Positions 23,775 through 44,884 of a stretch of 64,000 nucleotides of DNA are shown here, piece by piece. Position numbers and translations under genes: made by a program. How positions within the stretch are numbered: the first letter of the stretch is position 1; each line of letters starts with the position of its first letter. Location: NCBI GenBank assembly GCA_002269645.1, contig NIVC01000019.1:1506275-1570274 (forward strand). The letters run 5' to 3'. The stretch is from Macrostomum lignano. Lineage: Eukaryota. The notes below the pieces were generated by a model. It made no database searches, was not told the origin of the DNA, and worked only from the letters and a program-made list of their open reading frames with translations.

Positions 23775-24926
23775 AGTTGAGTGGGATGTAGCTTTTCCTG
23801 TTGAAATGCGAGTGTCAGCAGGGTATGATTTTAGCTGAAAACTTGGGTGGAAGCCTTGCAGCTTGTGTTTTAGTACACGCAGACACAAACCAAGCCTTAT
23901 AACAGATATTGTAACGCTGAGCTGATCTGAGTATTCTGAGAACTCAATCTCTCTCTCCCACCCCTAAGCTGCAGCCCTACTGTACACATGTTTTCCATAA
24001 GATAGAGCGGAGCTGAGCATGCTCAGATGCAGAACGAGACTATAAGAGAAATCAGGTGCTTTGGCCGGTGCAGATAGTCTCTTACTTTGGTCTTCTGAAT
24101 TCCTATTCTCTCGCTTCTTACCTGCACACCTTTCTCAGTTGGGATCAGCTGTGCCCAAGCCATCGTACACTAGGGCTACCTAGTCTACTGAGAGTACAAA
24201 CAAGAGGACATGAAGGTTTCGAGATGAGGCACAATATTATAAATAGAAACTCACAACGCGATGCTTAGAGCTCTGAGGCAAATATATTCAGCAAACGTTG
24301 AAGTTGGAGTTCATGTTGCAGTTTTATTTTCAAAAAGTTGATTTCAACAGCTGTAAAGCAAAATTAAATTTAAGAAATGGATTACAATGAAAATGGCAAC
24401 TCATTTAAGCAATCAATCGATGATGAACATACGCGAAATACGCGAAGCTGACTTTTCTACCGCTAGAACTCGTGACTACAGTGAAAGAATCAGTAATTCT
24501 TGCGTTCAACCGACTAAATTTGAAATTTCTGGTTGTGAAAAGTCTGCAAAACTACTGCACAAACTTAGGCAGGCTAAGCTAAAATATTTTTATTCACACG
24601 GTAAAAATAGATGAGCGTTAGTACGTTGCTTTTTAATTGCGGTGGGATGAGTCTGTGTACAATCATTGAACATTTCAAATGAGATCAATTACTCCATTGG
24701 TCAACCAACATGATCTAATCTAGGCTAAGCACAACAGACAACAGTAATAAATAATAAACTTGAGATCAAAACATTAATATTTAGGGAGGTTAACATTTTT
24801 CTTACACAAACAGAGGAGGTAACCAGAACAAAATTTAAAAGGCATCTTAGTTACCTACTCTTGGATGAAAATAGCAAGACAAATATCTGAATCTGAGTAC
24901 GCTCTGTTGTCAAAGTTCCATTCTAG

Positions 24927-27206
24927 TCAGTTGGACACAGATACTGGCGGCAGGCTCCACTCTGCCGGGATGGACTTGAAGAAGGCGTGCTCCAAGGCCG
25001 CGCTAAGCGTGACGCGGTCCTCGGGTTCGTACTCGAGCATTCGCAGCATCAGGTCGAATAGGTCTCTTGTGTCCGGTGTCTCGTCTCGCATGTAACGATG
25101 CAGCGGTTTGCAATTCTCGCGCACGTAGCGACCCTCGTTGCTATGGTAGTCCCAGTCTAAACGGCCGTGCCAGAAGTAGCCGGCCCTGGAGTTCCTGGTC
25201 ATGCGGTAGGGCACGTGGCCAAGTATGCGCTCCATCATGGCCAGGTGTTCGCGATTCTCGTGCGTCTGGAATAGCGTGAAGCCCGTGTAAAGCTCAAACA
25301 GGATGCATCCGATGGACCAGACGTCGCACGGCTGCGACCAACCCAGCTCTAGAATGACTTCAGGAGCTCGATAGTGTCGGGTGGACACCACGGCAGAGTG
25401 GTGCTCGTGATCAAAGGTTGCCGAACCAAAGTCGATTAGCCGGATATCCGTTCGATCAAGCATTTTTTCTTCTTTTTTGCGCTTCGGATTAAAAAAGGTT
25501 GAATAGGTCGACCGAAGAAGCAGAATATTTTCCGGCTTTAGATCCGTGTGCGTCAGCTGATTGGCATGCATGAAGGCCACTGAGTGCACCAGCTGATAGG
25601 CAATGTGACGCACGTGCTCTATCGGATATGGCGCAAAGTCGTTCTCCTTCAGAAAGTCGAACACAGACTTGCCAAGAAGGTCAAAGACTAGGCAGATGTG
25701 GCCATAGAACTCAAACCAGCTCAACAACTTTATGCACAAATGCAGACCTGACGGGTCTTTTTCCTCCAGCTTCTTCAGCACGTTGATTTCCAGCTTGGCT
25801 GCTTCGCGATACTTTTCCACATTTTTGATGATTTTTACCGCTACTCGACGCTGAGCCGAATCCTGCATATCCGCGCACTCAGTCACTTTGCCGAATGTGC
25901 CTTCTCCGAGTGTTTTTGAGATCCGGTAGCGATTCTTCAGCACATCGCCGTATGCGTATATCAGGTGACCGTCCGAATCGTCTCGGTATGGCGACTTTTC
26001 CTTGCTAAGCAGGCCTCCACGTCGACTGCGGCCGCTGGTGACGCTCTGCGCCGTCGACTGTTCGGTTGTAACCTCTGATGTCTCCGGCTGCTGCTGATCT
26101 TCACCGCGCGGAAGACTGATCAGAGACTTTGAACTGGAGTTATTTTCTATACCGTCAAATGCCCGCTGACTATTGTTGTTGGCGACGTTGTTTGCTCGGC
26201 GCCTTGACGAACCAACGTGTCTGTTGAGCATGGCGGTATTGGGAGCTTCATCGCCTTCACCAAGTGACTTTTTGCGCCTGTACCGTCGCGACGATAATCC
26301 ATGCCCTGAAGCAGCAGCTGCAGCCTCTTCTTGGCGCTGATAAGCAAGATCAGAAGAGTCCGATATGCTTTTTGTAATGTCGGTCCCAGCGACACGCAGT
26401 TCAGCCTTCTTCAAGTGCTGTCCCTCAACAGTGGCTCCGACAACGGCTGTTGTTGTGTTAGCCGACGCGTCCACTGAATCATAAACACTTGGCTCCTTGC
26501 CGCTTGCGCCACGGTCACGGTTTACTGACGGCTGCTGTTGCTGCTGCTGCTGCTGCGATGCTCTCGGTGGTTCGTCCGTGGGGATTAGAGGCGGTGGAGG
26601 CGCTACAGACACTACGGAGGAGCGGTTGCCGTTTCGCATTGCCAGCGAAGCTATTTGCTGACCCAGCCTTTCCAGATCGCCCCGCAGCTGATCCAGCTGA
26701 CTCTTCCGGCAGTGGCGGCCCAGGCCAGTGGAAGAATCTTGCCGTCCAGGCATCAGCTGCTGCTCCTGGGCCTCAGAATTTGATGACGGATCAGGATCAG
26801 CGTCTTTGAATGTCAACTGAATGGCGGCCTCAGTCTTTGATCCTTTGTAACATCTTGACCTGCGGCACTTACGCCTGGCTCGGTTGTGCTGATGCTGCAG
26901 AAGCTGCTGTTGCTGCTGCTGCATCTGCTGCTGGTACTGAGGCGATGCGATCATTGCGTCCTGTGTCATAGGACTAACTAACTGTCTGTTGCTTGATGAG
27001 TTTCCGCTCCGAGTGCTTCCAGTGCTGGAGCTGGTGCTCCTGCTGTTACTGAGGTATTTTTGACTGGTTAGCGTGGGCGAAGCCTGACAGTCTGTCGATT
27101 CCTCGCTCCAACCCCTGAGGCAGTTGAGGCAGAAACGGGCAACTAGACGCCAACAGGGCAGCTGTAACAGCAAGGTCATGCACAGTCGCCAGAGCGGAGG
27201 CTGCAA
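24927..27206 (-). CDS. CLK: CLK/Doa (LAMMER) dual-specificity kinase; single ORF, true start uncertain
   Basis: [41 protein letters not shown] and the signature [11 protein letters not shown] are present. Long Ser/Gln-rich N-terminus. The ORF start is TTG; in-frame ATGs lie at ~27179 and ~26970. Confidence 0.95.
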   Translation of the reverse strand: MQPPLWRLCMTLLLQLPCWRLVARFCLNCLRGWSEESTDCQASPTLTSQKYLSNSRSTSSSTGSTRSGNSSSNRQLVSPMTQDAMIASPQYQQQMQQQQQQLLQHQHNRARRKCRRSRCYKGSKTEAAIQLTFKDADPDPSSNSEAQEQQLMPGRQDSSTGLGRHCRKSQLDQLRGDLERLGQQIASLAMRNGNRSSVVSVAPPPPLIPTDEPPRASQQQQQQQQPSVNRDRGASGKEPSVYDSVDASANTTTAVVGATVEGQHLKKAELRVAGTDITKSISDSSDLAYQRQEEAAAAASGHGLSSRRYRRKKSLGEGDEAPNTAMLNRHVGSSRRRANNVANNNSQRAFDGIENNSSSKSLISLPRGEDQQQPETSEVTTEQSTAQSVTSGRSRRGGLLSKEKSPYRDDSDGHLIYAYGDVLKNRYRISKTLGEGTFGKVTECADMQDSAQRRVAVKIIKNVEKYREAAKLEINVLKKLEEKDPSGLHLCIKLLSWFEFYGHICLVFDLLGKSVFDFLKENDFAPYPIEHVRHIAYQLVHSVAFMHANQLTHTDLKPENILLLRSTYSTFFNPKRKKEEKMLDRTDIRLIDFGSATFDHEHHSAVVSTRHYRAPEVILELGWSQPCDVWSIGCILFELYTGFTLFQTHENREHLAMMERILGHVPYRMTRNSRAGYFWHGRLDWDYHSNEGRYVRENCKPLHRYMRDETPDTRDLFDLMLRMLEYEPEDRVTLSAALEHAFFKSIPAEWSLPPVSVSN

Positions 27207-29585
27207 TGATTTCTTCTCCCCTTTGGCGCTCAGCTGTTTCGGCAGTTCGAACTAACCCAGTATTTTCCGGTGAATTTATGCAAACCGTTCGCGCTTCCTT
27301 TTCCATCGTTTTTTTCCGACAAGTTCTGCAGCCTGCACCCTGGCCCGGTCGTGGTACGAAGCAATTCAGCTTCGGGGGTTTGAAGATAGGTCGAGCGAGG
27401 TACATTGGAGCGGTTAGGAATGGTTCTGGTTGGAACAGCTCCCTCTGTCTGGCATGGCCTGTGCATACCATCTGGCTCTCAGCCTCCGTCGCAACTTGTA
27501 CCAACCCGACTTTACAATAAGTCCTACCCATTTTGACCGAACCTCCCGATCCCAGAAGAGTGCTGTGTTCCAACGTGTGTGTTCCGCACAATCGAGCCTC
27601 ACTACCGACGAAATGTTGGAAAGAAAAGTAGCGATGGGAATGAAAATGGGATCCTATTTTGGGAAGCGAAAATGGCTCTCGCGCGTATTGGCAAATACGG
27701 ATGACGTTCGGACCAGCTTGCATACCGTACCGCCTCCGCTTCTTTACCTTATTTTCACCCGTGCGGCAGCCGTACAAGAAGTACCTTAGTGAATCATCAT
27801 CGACCTCTCAGGAAAAGGAAATAGCGATGTGGATGCAAAACAGTTCAGAAATGTCGCCCTTCTAATGTAAGCCGGACGCTGCTGGTCTTTGAGCGCCAGC
27901 GAGGAAATGAAGCAGAGACGAGCGAAAAAAGGATAGAGAGACAGTCGCCGAAGAATAGGGCAGATGTTAGGCGTTTATTGACTGCACGGGGCTGCGGTGC
28001 AGCTCCAGATCCTCCTGGATGCATCAATTTGGATGCCCTGCAGTTGCCTTTTGTGAGGGATCAAAGGCAAAGTAATGCAGCGAGAGGAGAAGGGAAGGCA
28101 GGCAGAGACGAGTTTGATGGTTGATATTGGTAACGGGCCACCCAGGCAGCCTTCTGTGGGGACTGTTAAGTACGTTGGTACGAAAATAGCCGTTGGTGCA
28201 AACTGTCGCCCTGCCTATGTCAATGGATCCTATTGACAAACGTTAGGACTGAACTTTTCTGAAGTGCACAGCAGTTTGTTGATTGCAGCGTTCGGAAATA
28301 TGAGTCTATTTGACAGATCTTCTGGCACGTCGGTTGTCGATGGATGAACCAGTGCTGATAGTCAGCAGGACAATGTTTATTAATCTAAGCGCTTGAGATA
28401 CACAATGCTTCATTCAAAAGTGCAACCCCGCTTTGTTGCCAACTTCCTCCAGAATTTCCCTTCCTTGCTATTGGCTTTATTTGACTTCTCATTGTCTTTT
28501 GAAAGCTGCATCAAACTGCAGCATAGTAGTGCTACTAAGCCACGTATTTAGTTGGCTCTTCATCAAGAAGCCATTGCTGCTAGCAATCAGCATCCAACGC
28601 CTATTTTTCCAATACCATCATTGATGTCATGGAGCAGAATTGGCTCGCTATTAATCTGCAAATCAACTTTTTCTGTCAATATCACCCAACGTCACGCTAC
28701 TTCAGATGTACGGATTTGCAGTTTACTTGAAAATCTTCCAGATATGCAATTCAGCAATTCCGCAGACCTCCATTCCAGCCAAGGGCCTCTCGCCATGCCC
28801 TGCTTTGCCGCTGACGAAAAGTTCTCTTCCCCAACCATTCAGCAGAGATTTCTGCCACAGCAAAAGCAGTCCTGGTTGCGTTCGTACCGGCTGCATCAGC
28901 ATAGCCAGCGACCGCAGCTCCGGCTCCATGGGCCGGGCGTGTACAGAGGCATCCGGCCTCTGTGTGCGGGGTTCGTCAGCTGAGGACGGAATAGGAAAAT
29001 GGGCGGGGGTTGGTGCTGGTTGGGAGAGAGCTAAGTCTCTCTCTTCGGCTATGCCTTGATAAAGCTAAGTCATGGACTGTTAATTATAGTTGTCTGGAAC
29101 GGAAGCTTTAGAATTATCAATCCCTTTACCGGTCTTGCAAACTTTCGTTTTAAATGATTAGAATTTTTTAAACAAATTTTCACAATGTGCCGATATAGAT
29201 AACATGCGCAAGGACCACTAGAAGTTACTAGGAGTAACTTCTGGTGGTCCTTGAACATGCGGTGAAGACGTGTCTATTTATGGGAAGGCTATGAGAATCA
29301 TTTATCCTGTTTATGGAGAATCTGTAAGCGATTATGATTATTCATAAATAAATTACACATTGGAAACGCAAAAATTATATAACCTAAGTCATTCATTCAT
29401 CCTTCTGACACTTATCTAGTGACTCAAACCACTATCCAATCAGGGATACGGTCACTGAAAGATCTGGAGTGGGGTTACAGGTTGATTAAGGAATCGTTGC
29501 AGACTTTTGAAAAGTATATTTCTGCATTTCTGAAGCCTTTGAACATCCTTTCAGAAACCTCCATCCTCACTGACTCCATTCTCAC

Positions 29586-32504
29586 CCAAAATTCATCAGT
29601 GACCCCATTCCTAAATTCATCCCCAAATTTATCAGTGGCCCCATTCCTAAATTCATCCTCAAATTCACCAATAACCCCATTCCCAAATTCATCCCCAAAT
29701 TCATCAGTGACCCCATTCCCGAATTCGTCCCCAAATTCATCAGTGACCCCAATCTCAGATTCATCAGTGACCCCAATCCCAAATTCATTAGTGATCCCAA
29801 CCCAAAATTCATCAGTGACCCCAATCCCAGATTCATTAGTGACCCCAACCCCAAATTCATCAGTGACCCCATTCACATGCAGATTCATCAGTGACCCCAT
29901 TCACATGCAGATTCATCAGTGACCCCATTCACATGCAGATTCATCAATGACCCCATTCACATGCAGATTCATCAGTGACCCCATTCACATGCAGATTCAT
30001 CAGTGACCCCATTCACATGCAGATTCATCAGTTACCCCATTCACATGCAGATTCATCAGTTACCCCATTCACATGCAGATTCATCAGTGACCCCATTCCC
30101 AGTTTATCAGTGACCCTATCTTCAGATTCAACAGTGACCCCATTCCCATGCAGATTCATCAGTTACCCCATTCCCAGTTTATCAGTGACCCTATCTTCAG
30201 ATTCAACAGTCACCCCATTCCCATGCAGATTCATCAGTTACCCCATTCCCATATTCATCAGTGACCCCATCTTCAGATTCAACAGTGATCCCATTCCCAT
30301 GAAGTTTCATCTGTGTCCCCATCTCCCAGATTATTCAGAGACCACATCCTCCAGATTAATCAGTGACCTCATTCTAAAATTCATCAGTGACCCCATCCCA
30401 GATTAATCAGTGACCCATTTCCAGATTCAGCAGTAACCCCATTCCCATGCAGATTCATCAGTGACCCCATTCCCAGTTTATCAGTGACCCCATTCTCAGT
30501 TTATCAGTGACCCCATTCTCAGTTTATCAGTGACCCCGTTCCCAGTTTTTCAGTGACCCCATTTTCAGTTTTTCAGTGACCCCATTCCCTGTTTATCAGT
30601 GACCCCATTCCCAGTTTATCAGTGATCCCATTGCCAGTTTTTCTGTGACCCCATTCTCAGTTTATCAGTGACTCCAATCCCAGATTCATCAGTGACCCAT
30701 TTCCAGATTCAGCCATAACCCCATTCCGATGTAGATTCATCAGTGATCCCATCTCCCAGATTATTCAGTGACCCCATTCCGAGATTCATCTGCAGTGACC
30801 CCATTCCCATGCAGATTTATCAGTGACCCCATTCACATGCAGATTTCATCAATGACCCCATTCACATGCAGATTTCATCAGTGACCCCATTCACATGCAG
30901 ATTCATCAGTGACCCCATTCACATGCAGATTCATCAGTTACCCCATTCACATGCAGATTCATCAGTGACCCCATTCCCATGCAGATTCATCAGTGACTCC
31001 ATTCCCAGTTTATCAGTGACCCTATCTTCAGATTCAACAGTGACCCCATTTCCATATTCATCAGTGACCCCATCTTCAGATTCATCAGTGACCCCATTCC
31101 CATGCAGATTCATCAGTGACCCCATTCACATATTCATCAGTGACCCCATCTTCAGATTCAACAGTGACCCCATTCCCATGAAGTTTCATCTGTGTCCCCA
31201 TCTCCCAGATTATTCAGAGACCACATCCTCCAGATTAATCAGTGACCTCATTCTAAAATTCATCAGTGACCCCATCCCAGATTAATCAGTGACCCATTTC
31301 CAGATTCAGCAGTAACCCCATTCCCATGCAGATTCATCAGTGACCCCATTCCCAGTTTATCAGTGACCCCATTCTCAGTTTATCAGTGACCCCATTCTCA
31401 GTTTATCAGTGACCCCGTTCCCAGTTTTTCAGTGACCCCATTTTCAGTTTTTCAGTGACCCCATTCCCTGTTTATCAGTGACCCCATTCCCAGTTTATCA
31501 GTGATCCCATTGCCAGTTTTTCTGTGACCCCATTCTCAGTTTATCAGTGACTCCAATCCCAGATTCATCAGTGACCCATTTCCAGATTCAGCCATAACCC
31601 CATTCCGATGTAGATTCATCAGTGATCCCATCTCCCAGATTATTCAGTGACCCCATTCCGAGATTCATCTGCAGTGACCCCATTCCCATGCAGATTTATC
31701 AGTGACCCCATTCACATGCAGATTTCATCAGTGACCCCATTCACATGCAGATTTCATCAGTAACCCCATTCACATGCAGATTCATCAGTTACCCCATTCA
31801 CATGCAGATTCATCAGTAACCCCATTCCCATGCAGATTCATCAGTGACCCCATTCACATGCAGATTCATCAGTGACCCCATTCACATGCAGATTCATCAG
31901 TTACCCCATTCACATGCAGATTCATCAGTGACCCCATTCCCATGCAGATTCATCAGTGACTCCATTCCCAGTTTATCAGTGACCCTATCTTCAGATTCAA
32001 CAGTGACCCCATTTCCATATTCATCAGTGACCCCATCTTCAGATTCATCAGTGACCCCATTCCCATGCAGATTCATTAGTGACCCCATTCACATGCAGAT
32101 TCATCAGTGACCCCATTCACATGCAGATTTATCAGTGTCCTCATTTCCATATTCATGAGTGACCCCATCTTCAGATTCAACAGTGACCCCATTCACATGC
32201 AGATTCATCAGTGACCCCATTCACATGCAGATTCATCAGTGACCCCATCTTCAGATTAAACAGTGACCCAATCTTCAGACTCATCAGTGACCCCATTCCC
32301 ATTTAGTTTCATCAGTGTCCCCATGCTCCAGATTCATCAGTGACCTAATTCCCGAATTCATCAGTGACCCTATTCCCAGTTTATCAGTGACCCCATCCCC
32401 AGATTCATCAGTGACCTCATTCCCAGATTCATCAGTGACCCTATTCCCAGTTTATCAGTGACCCCATTCCCAGTTTACCAGTGACCCCATCCCCAGATTC
32501 ATCA
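29586..32504. repeat. Complex 24-28-bp minisatellite (core TTCATCAGTGACCCCATT) with an 879-bp higher-order duplication
   Basis: The core is read directly. Diagnostic variants recur at 30301/31180 and 30722/31601. Confidence 0.95.
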
Positions 32505-32724
32505 AGGGCAAAACAGATTGTTTAAACTTATTGATATTTTGCCTTTTGAGGCGGCAGTTATATTCGATTCAGAGCACCTGGTGCCCCGAGTCTAATCGCC
32601 GTTTTGCTTTTCATGCCTCGATGGGCCAGGTGGGCGAGAAGCCAGGCAGCTTCGGCGGGTAATTAAAAACGGAAATTGTTTTGACAAAGAATGCAGGTGC
32701 AGATTTTCTTGTGTTCTCATGGCT

Positions 32725-33490
32725 AGCGGACTCTTTCAGCGACTCCCTCAGCGACTCCCTCAGCGACTCCCTCAGCGACTACCTCAGCGACTCCCTCAGC
32801 GACTCCCTCAGCGACTCCCTCAGCGACTCCTTCAGCGACTCCCTCAGCGACTCCCTCAGCGACTCCCTCAGCGACTCCCTCAGCGACTCCCTCAGCGACT
32901 CCCTCAGCGACTCCCTCAGCGACTCCTTCAGCGACTCTCTCAGCGACTCCCTCAGCGACTACCTCAGCGACTCCCTCAGCGACTCCCTCAGCGACTCTCT
33001 CAGCGACTCTCTCAGCGACTCCCTCAGCGACTCCCTCAGCGACTCCCTCAGCGACTCCCTCAGCGACTCCCTCAGCGACTCTCTCAGCGACTCCCTCAGC
33101 GACTCCCTCAGCGACTCCCTCAGCGACTACCTCAGCGACTCCCTCAGCGACTCCCTCAGCGACTCCCTCAGCGACTCCTTCAGCGACTCTCTCAGCGACT
33201 CCCTCAGCGACTCCCTCAGCGACTCCCTCAGCGACTCCCTCAGCGACTACCTCAGCGACTCCCTCAGCGACTCCCTCAGCGACTACCTCAGCGACTCCCT
33301 CAGCGACTCCCTCAGCGACTCTCTCAGCGACTCTCTCAGCGACTCCCTCAGCGACTCCCTCAGCGACTCCCTCAGCGACTCCCTCAGCGACTCCCTCAGC
33401 GACTCTCTCAGCGACTCCCTCAGCGACTCCCTCAGCGACTCCCTCAGCGACTCCCTCAGCGACTCCCTCAGCGACTCCCTCAGCGACTTC
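32725..33490. repeat. 12-bp tandem repeat (CTCAGCGACTCC)n, ~64 copies
   Basis: Read directly. Confidence 0.97.
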
Positions 33491-33519
33491 CTCACTGACT
33501 CTTTCAGCGCCTTCTTCAG

Positions 33520-33896
33520 TGCCTTTCTTAGTGTCTTCATTCCTTCAGTGCCTTTCTTAGCGCCTTCATTCCTTCAGCGCCTTTCTTAGCACCTTCATTC
33601 CTTCAGCGCCTTTCTTAGCACCTTCATTCCTTCAGCGCCTTTCTTAGCACCTTCATTCCTTCAGCGCCTTTCTTAGCGCTTTCATTCTTTTAGCGCCTTT
33701 CTTAGCACCTTCATTCCTTCAGCGCCTTTCTTAGCACCTTCATTCCTTCAGCGCCTTTCTTAGCACCTTCATTCCTTCAGCGCCTTTCTTAGCGCTTTCA
33801 TTCCTTCAGCGCCTTTCTTAGCGCTTTCATTCCTTCAGCGCCTTTCTTAGCGCTTTCATTCCTTCAGCGCCTTTCTTAGCGCCTTCATTCCTTCAG
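33520..33896. repeat. 29-bp tandem repeat (CTTCATTCCTTCAGCGCCTTTCTTAGCAC)n, ~13 copies
   Basis: Abuts the 12-mer array and shares the TCAGCG core. Confidence 0.95.
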
Positions 33897-36228
33897 AGTG
33901 ACTAGCTAATCATGACTGGCAAATCTCGGTGAGCAGTTGGCCTCCAGGAGATTCTCGCGCTCCCGTCAGTCAACCTGAAAAAGGCAAAAAGTCAATAATT
34001 AGAAGCCCCGTCGCGTGTGAGCTGCGAGGCACTGAACAGAGACATTTAAGTTGACTGCCTTGTAAAGTGTGCCGGCTGAGTGAGGCTTGGTCAAAAGTGA
34101 GAAAAAAACCGAAGTTACTCAGAGCTCGCGAGTGGGTGTGCATAATCGATCCGATTCCCAGCGAGTCCAAATGCCAATGCACTGCTCTTAGCTGAGCCAA
34201 GTGTCAAAAAGAATTTGGTTGAAGGATGCTGAGAATGGTACAGAAAAAACCCGGAGTCAGCTCGCGCAATGCGGCAGGTGAGCAGAGGCAAATTTTAGAC
34301 AGGTTGTTGCATTTTTCATCCGGCCGATAAGACGGAAGAGGCCGGCAGGATTGGCAGCTCCTCGGAGCCTCCAATGTCGCCCCCTGGACTTGATGGCACT
34401 GGAGACTCGAGGGAGGGAGAGGAAGATGTGGGTCTCTCAGCAGCAGATGAGAGGAGCGGATCAAGGGGGTGGGGGATGATGATGGAAGGAAGCAGAGAGA
34501 ACCTTGGCAAGAGGCTTAGCGCAGGAAGAAAAAATCGGGGAAAGAATCCTTGCAGCTCTCCGGCCGAAGCAGGAGCAGAAGGGAGCAGGAGCTTTCATGG
34601 AACTGATAAGTGGAGACAGGCAGCTGCAGTCGGGAGCTGGCCGAGGTGGAGAGAGGGCGGAGACGAGAGAAAAGAGAGAAGATGAGGCCGGATTCGGGCA
34701 CAGCTTGCTCGTGCCTGAGTGCGGCGAGTGCCACGGTTCGCTTCGCCCGGCCCGAGCTGGATGGACTGAAGGAGGAGGCCGCAGCAAAGCAGGAGCAGAA
34801 GAAAGAGACCCGCTCCATCCACTCCGGGCAGGATTGGCCTGGCTCTTAGAGACCCTAATGGAGGATTCATTCCGAGACACGGGGTCGCTCTGCCGTTGCC
34901 TCATTCCTAAAAGCTGTATAGCCAGCTATTCAGCAGAGCTTCACTCGCGTTCTCCACTTCCTTCTAGTCTTCTAGTTCTGCTAAAGCTCCAACTAACCAT
35001 AAAGGAAGGTCGTTGAACACAGCAAAGGCCTTGGGCTGAAGGGTTACGAAGCAGACCCCGGTGTGTGTGGTGAGCTGTGCGCATGGTGAGTATTGAGCCC
35101 CTGGCGGAGGTCTGCTTTGTGTGGAATGGATCGCTCTGGGGTGAGTGAGAAGGAAGGAGGATGGGGTGGTCTTTCGGGCGGCCCCTGCCCAACCCACCCC
35201 CAAGCGCCAAACGCGTGACTGAGTAAGAGATGTACAGGGCCATCCCTCCCATTCCACAGCGTTCCCTTTCCACCTCTGCTGTGGGTGGGGGGGGGGAAAG
35301 GGTGGCTCTGAGTCGTGTGGCTGAGCAAGCAAGCGCAATGGAACCTTCACAGAGGCCTTCACTCCCCTTGCTCCAGTGAGCTCCTTCCTTCCCCGGGGTT
35401 CCACCAACCCCCATCGTATTCGTCAGTGAAGGAAGGCCAAACGACAGGAGAGGATGAGAACCGCGAAGCTCCTTCTCCTCTACCCCTGGCGCAAACGATT
35501 GAAGAGCAAAAACTCGCCAACAGCAATGGGCCTCCATGAAAAGACTCCAACGAGCTGAAGCCAGGCAGCAATTCCCCGACTTCCACAAGACCCTTTTGCT
35601 GCTCAGAGTTGAAGCAGACTTCATTCAACGTTTCTTCGAGCTCAACCACTCTGCGTCAGTTCTCCTGGCTCGGCGCCTGTCTGCAGTAAGTCTGTCTTGA
35701 TTTTTGCTTCCTGGAGATTTTTTCTGATCTCTATGCAGTTCCCCGGGCAAATACTCGTATAAGGTTACATGAGCGGCGGGCCAACCCCTTGGAGAGTGAA
35801 ACAAGCTCGACACACACCAACAGTTCCTTCGCCGCATTCCCCGCCCCAAGCCGCACCCACGGGCTTCTCTCTCTCATTCCCCAGCCAGCCAGCCGACTCC
35901 CGCTTTGCTGGTGAGCTCAGGCAGCTGACAAAAATCAATAAAAAAACGAGGAAGGTAAAGGGAGGACGCGGCGAAAAAGGGGCCGGATCATGCCAACTGC
36001 CGCTCCATTTTTCTTCCTCTTTCCCCCTTTTCTCAACAGTGGGCTGATTGACTCTTAGATCGGTTGGAGCACATCATGGAGTAGGAGCAGCGGGGGTACG
36101 GACTATGGATCTCGTGTCCTGAGTTGGTGACTGCAAAGCTCCCAAATCCCAGTCCAATCCTTTATAAGCTTGGCGTACACCCGGCCCTGCCCAAACTTCG
36201 TGTTTACCTACAGCCAGCCAGCTCAGCC

Positions 36229-41235
<5,007 letters not shown>

Positions 41236-42423
41236 AGGAGAGCGGAAGTATTTAAATCTAAAGACTTAAGAAAGGCTTTTTAGAAGCCTGTGTATCTCTC
41301 TATTCGATATACAGGTAGCTCCGTTTATCTAATTCAGCACCTTTTTTATCCTGAACATCCAACGGATATTTTGGTTAGATTGTTAGCGAATTTCATTTTA
41401 AAGTGTTCAAATGCTCGCACTCTCGTCTGTATTCTAATGTCTGCGCAAATTGCTTTTATAGTTGTCCTTTTAACATTGCTGTCTTTGTTGTCTTTGTGCT
41501 GGTAATGCTTGACTGTCAATGTCTTGCTTTAGTGGGCTATCACAATTTACTTATAGCTTTCAGTTCGAATCGCTAATGGACGCTGAAGCAGGAGGACGCG
41601 AATCTATCTTTCTTAGAAATATAGAATTTGTCTATGGCGAGACCTCATTCGTGGCGCTATGCGCTCTCGAGAGCATGCTGAATGCACCTGGCGTCCTCAC
41701 TTCAGCCGCCATTCCAGTGATTCTGCTTTGCAGTTTTTTTCCATGTTGTCAAGCACCCAAATATCGAATTTGATTTGCGCATTCAATGGCAAATTTAAGC
41801 AAATCTCTGTTTTCGTTTTCACTGGAATTTTTGTGTACGCCGTAGGTTGCGCGTCCCAACGAAGGACTTCAGCTGGTTATGAACAAATTAGTCAAGTTTT
41901 AAAGAAGATAATTCTGTTTTGTCATTTCCACAATCTTTTTTGCTTCATATTTGTTGCTGTTCAAATGTTTGGGTCTTGGCGAAATGTTTTAAGATTTTTT
42001 CCGTTGTTCCAGCAATAAATTGCACTTTAAACCGAAAATCATAAAATCTGAGAGATGCACCTTTGGCTTTAAAGGTTACTTAATTATTTGTACATGTATA
42101 TACTAGTTTATTTTATGGAATTAGAGTTGACATGTGTAAAAAAGTTAATGCCGCGATATGGTGCTAGGCAGGCATGAAGAATAACTCAAGGGCCGCTTGC
42201 ACTTAGCAGGGCCGGCTTATATTTGGCTATGACTAATTGCGTAATACGAGCTAAATCAATTATTGAAGTGAGTGGTTGGCTGTACGTACTTGTACGGGGC
42301 AGTGATAGCGCTGGACCAAGTGAGCGAGGGAGAGAGAGAGGGAGGCAGATGTACACTGCCCCACAACATGCATGTGCTTAGTTTATTGACTGATTTAGGA
42401 AATTGCATCCACAATCAGGAGAC

Positions 42424-44547
<2,124 letters not shown>

Positions 44548-44760
44548 TCTGCTTGCCCACAGGTCCTACGCTCGTATTCTGTTGATGTCTCGGCAGTAGC
44601 AAGGAATGAAGTAAGTATCTGACTAAATACTCTACCGCATCTGGGACCAAATATTTGCTGAAATCCAATGCATTAGCCACTGGTTGAGTTAAATACTGAA
44701 AATGTCAAATAAGTCGTATTTAAATACGGAGTATGTATTAGCATTGGGCTGCGTGGAGTT

Positions 44761-44882
<122 letters not shown>

Positions 44883-44884
44883 GT

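Noticed and set aside
28700-29000. GC-rich, exon-like segment with a strong minus-strand acceptor near 28980
   Set aside because: No frame gives a recognisable protein and no partner exon was identified; it may be a CLK leader exon.
32681-33589. 302-aa (SDSL)n, (QRLP)n and (RESL)n ORFs
   Set aside because: The 12-bp unit has no stop in several frames, and there is no coding context or splice support.
41250-42420. Candidate downstream TM4 exon for the nAChR-like gene
   Set aside because: No minus-strand frame yields a DR-led hydrophobic helix with suitable splice sites.
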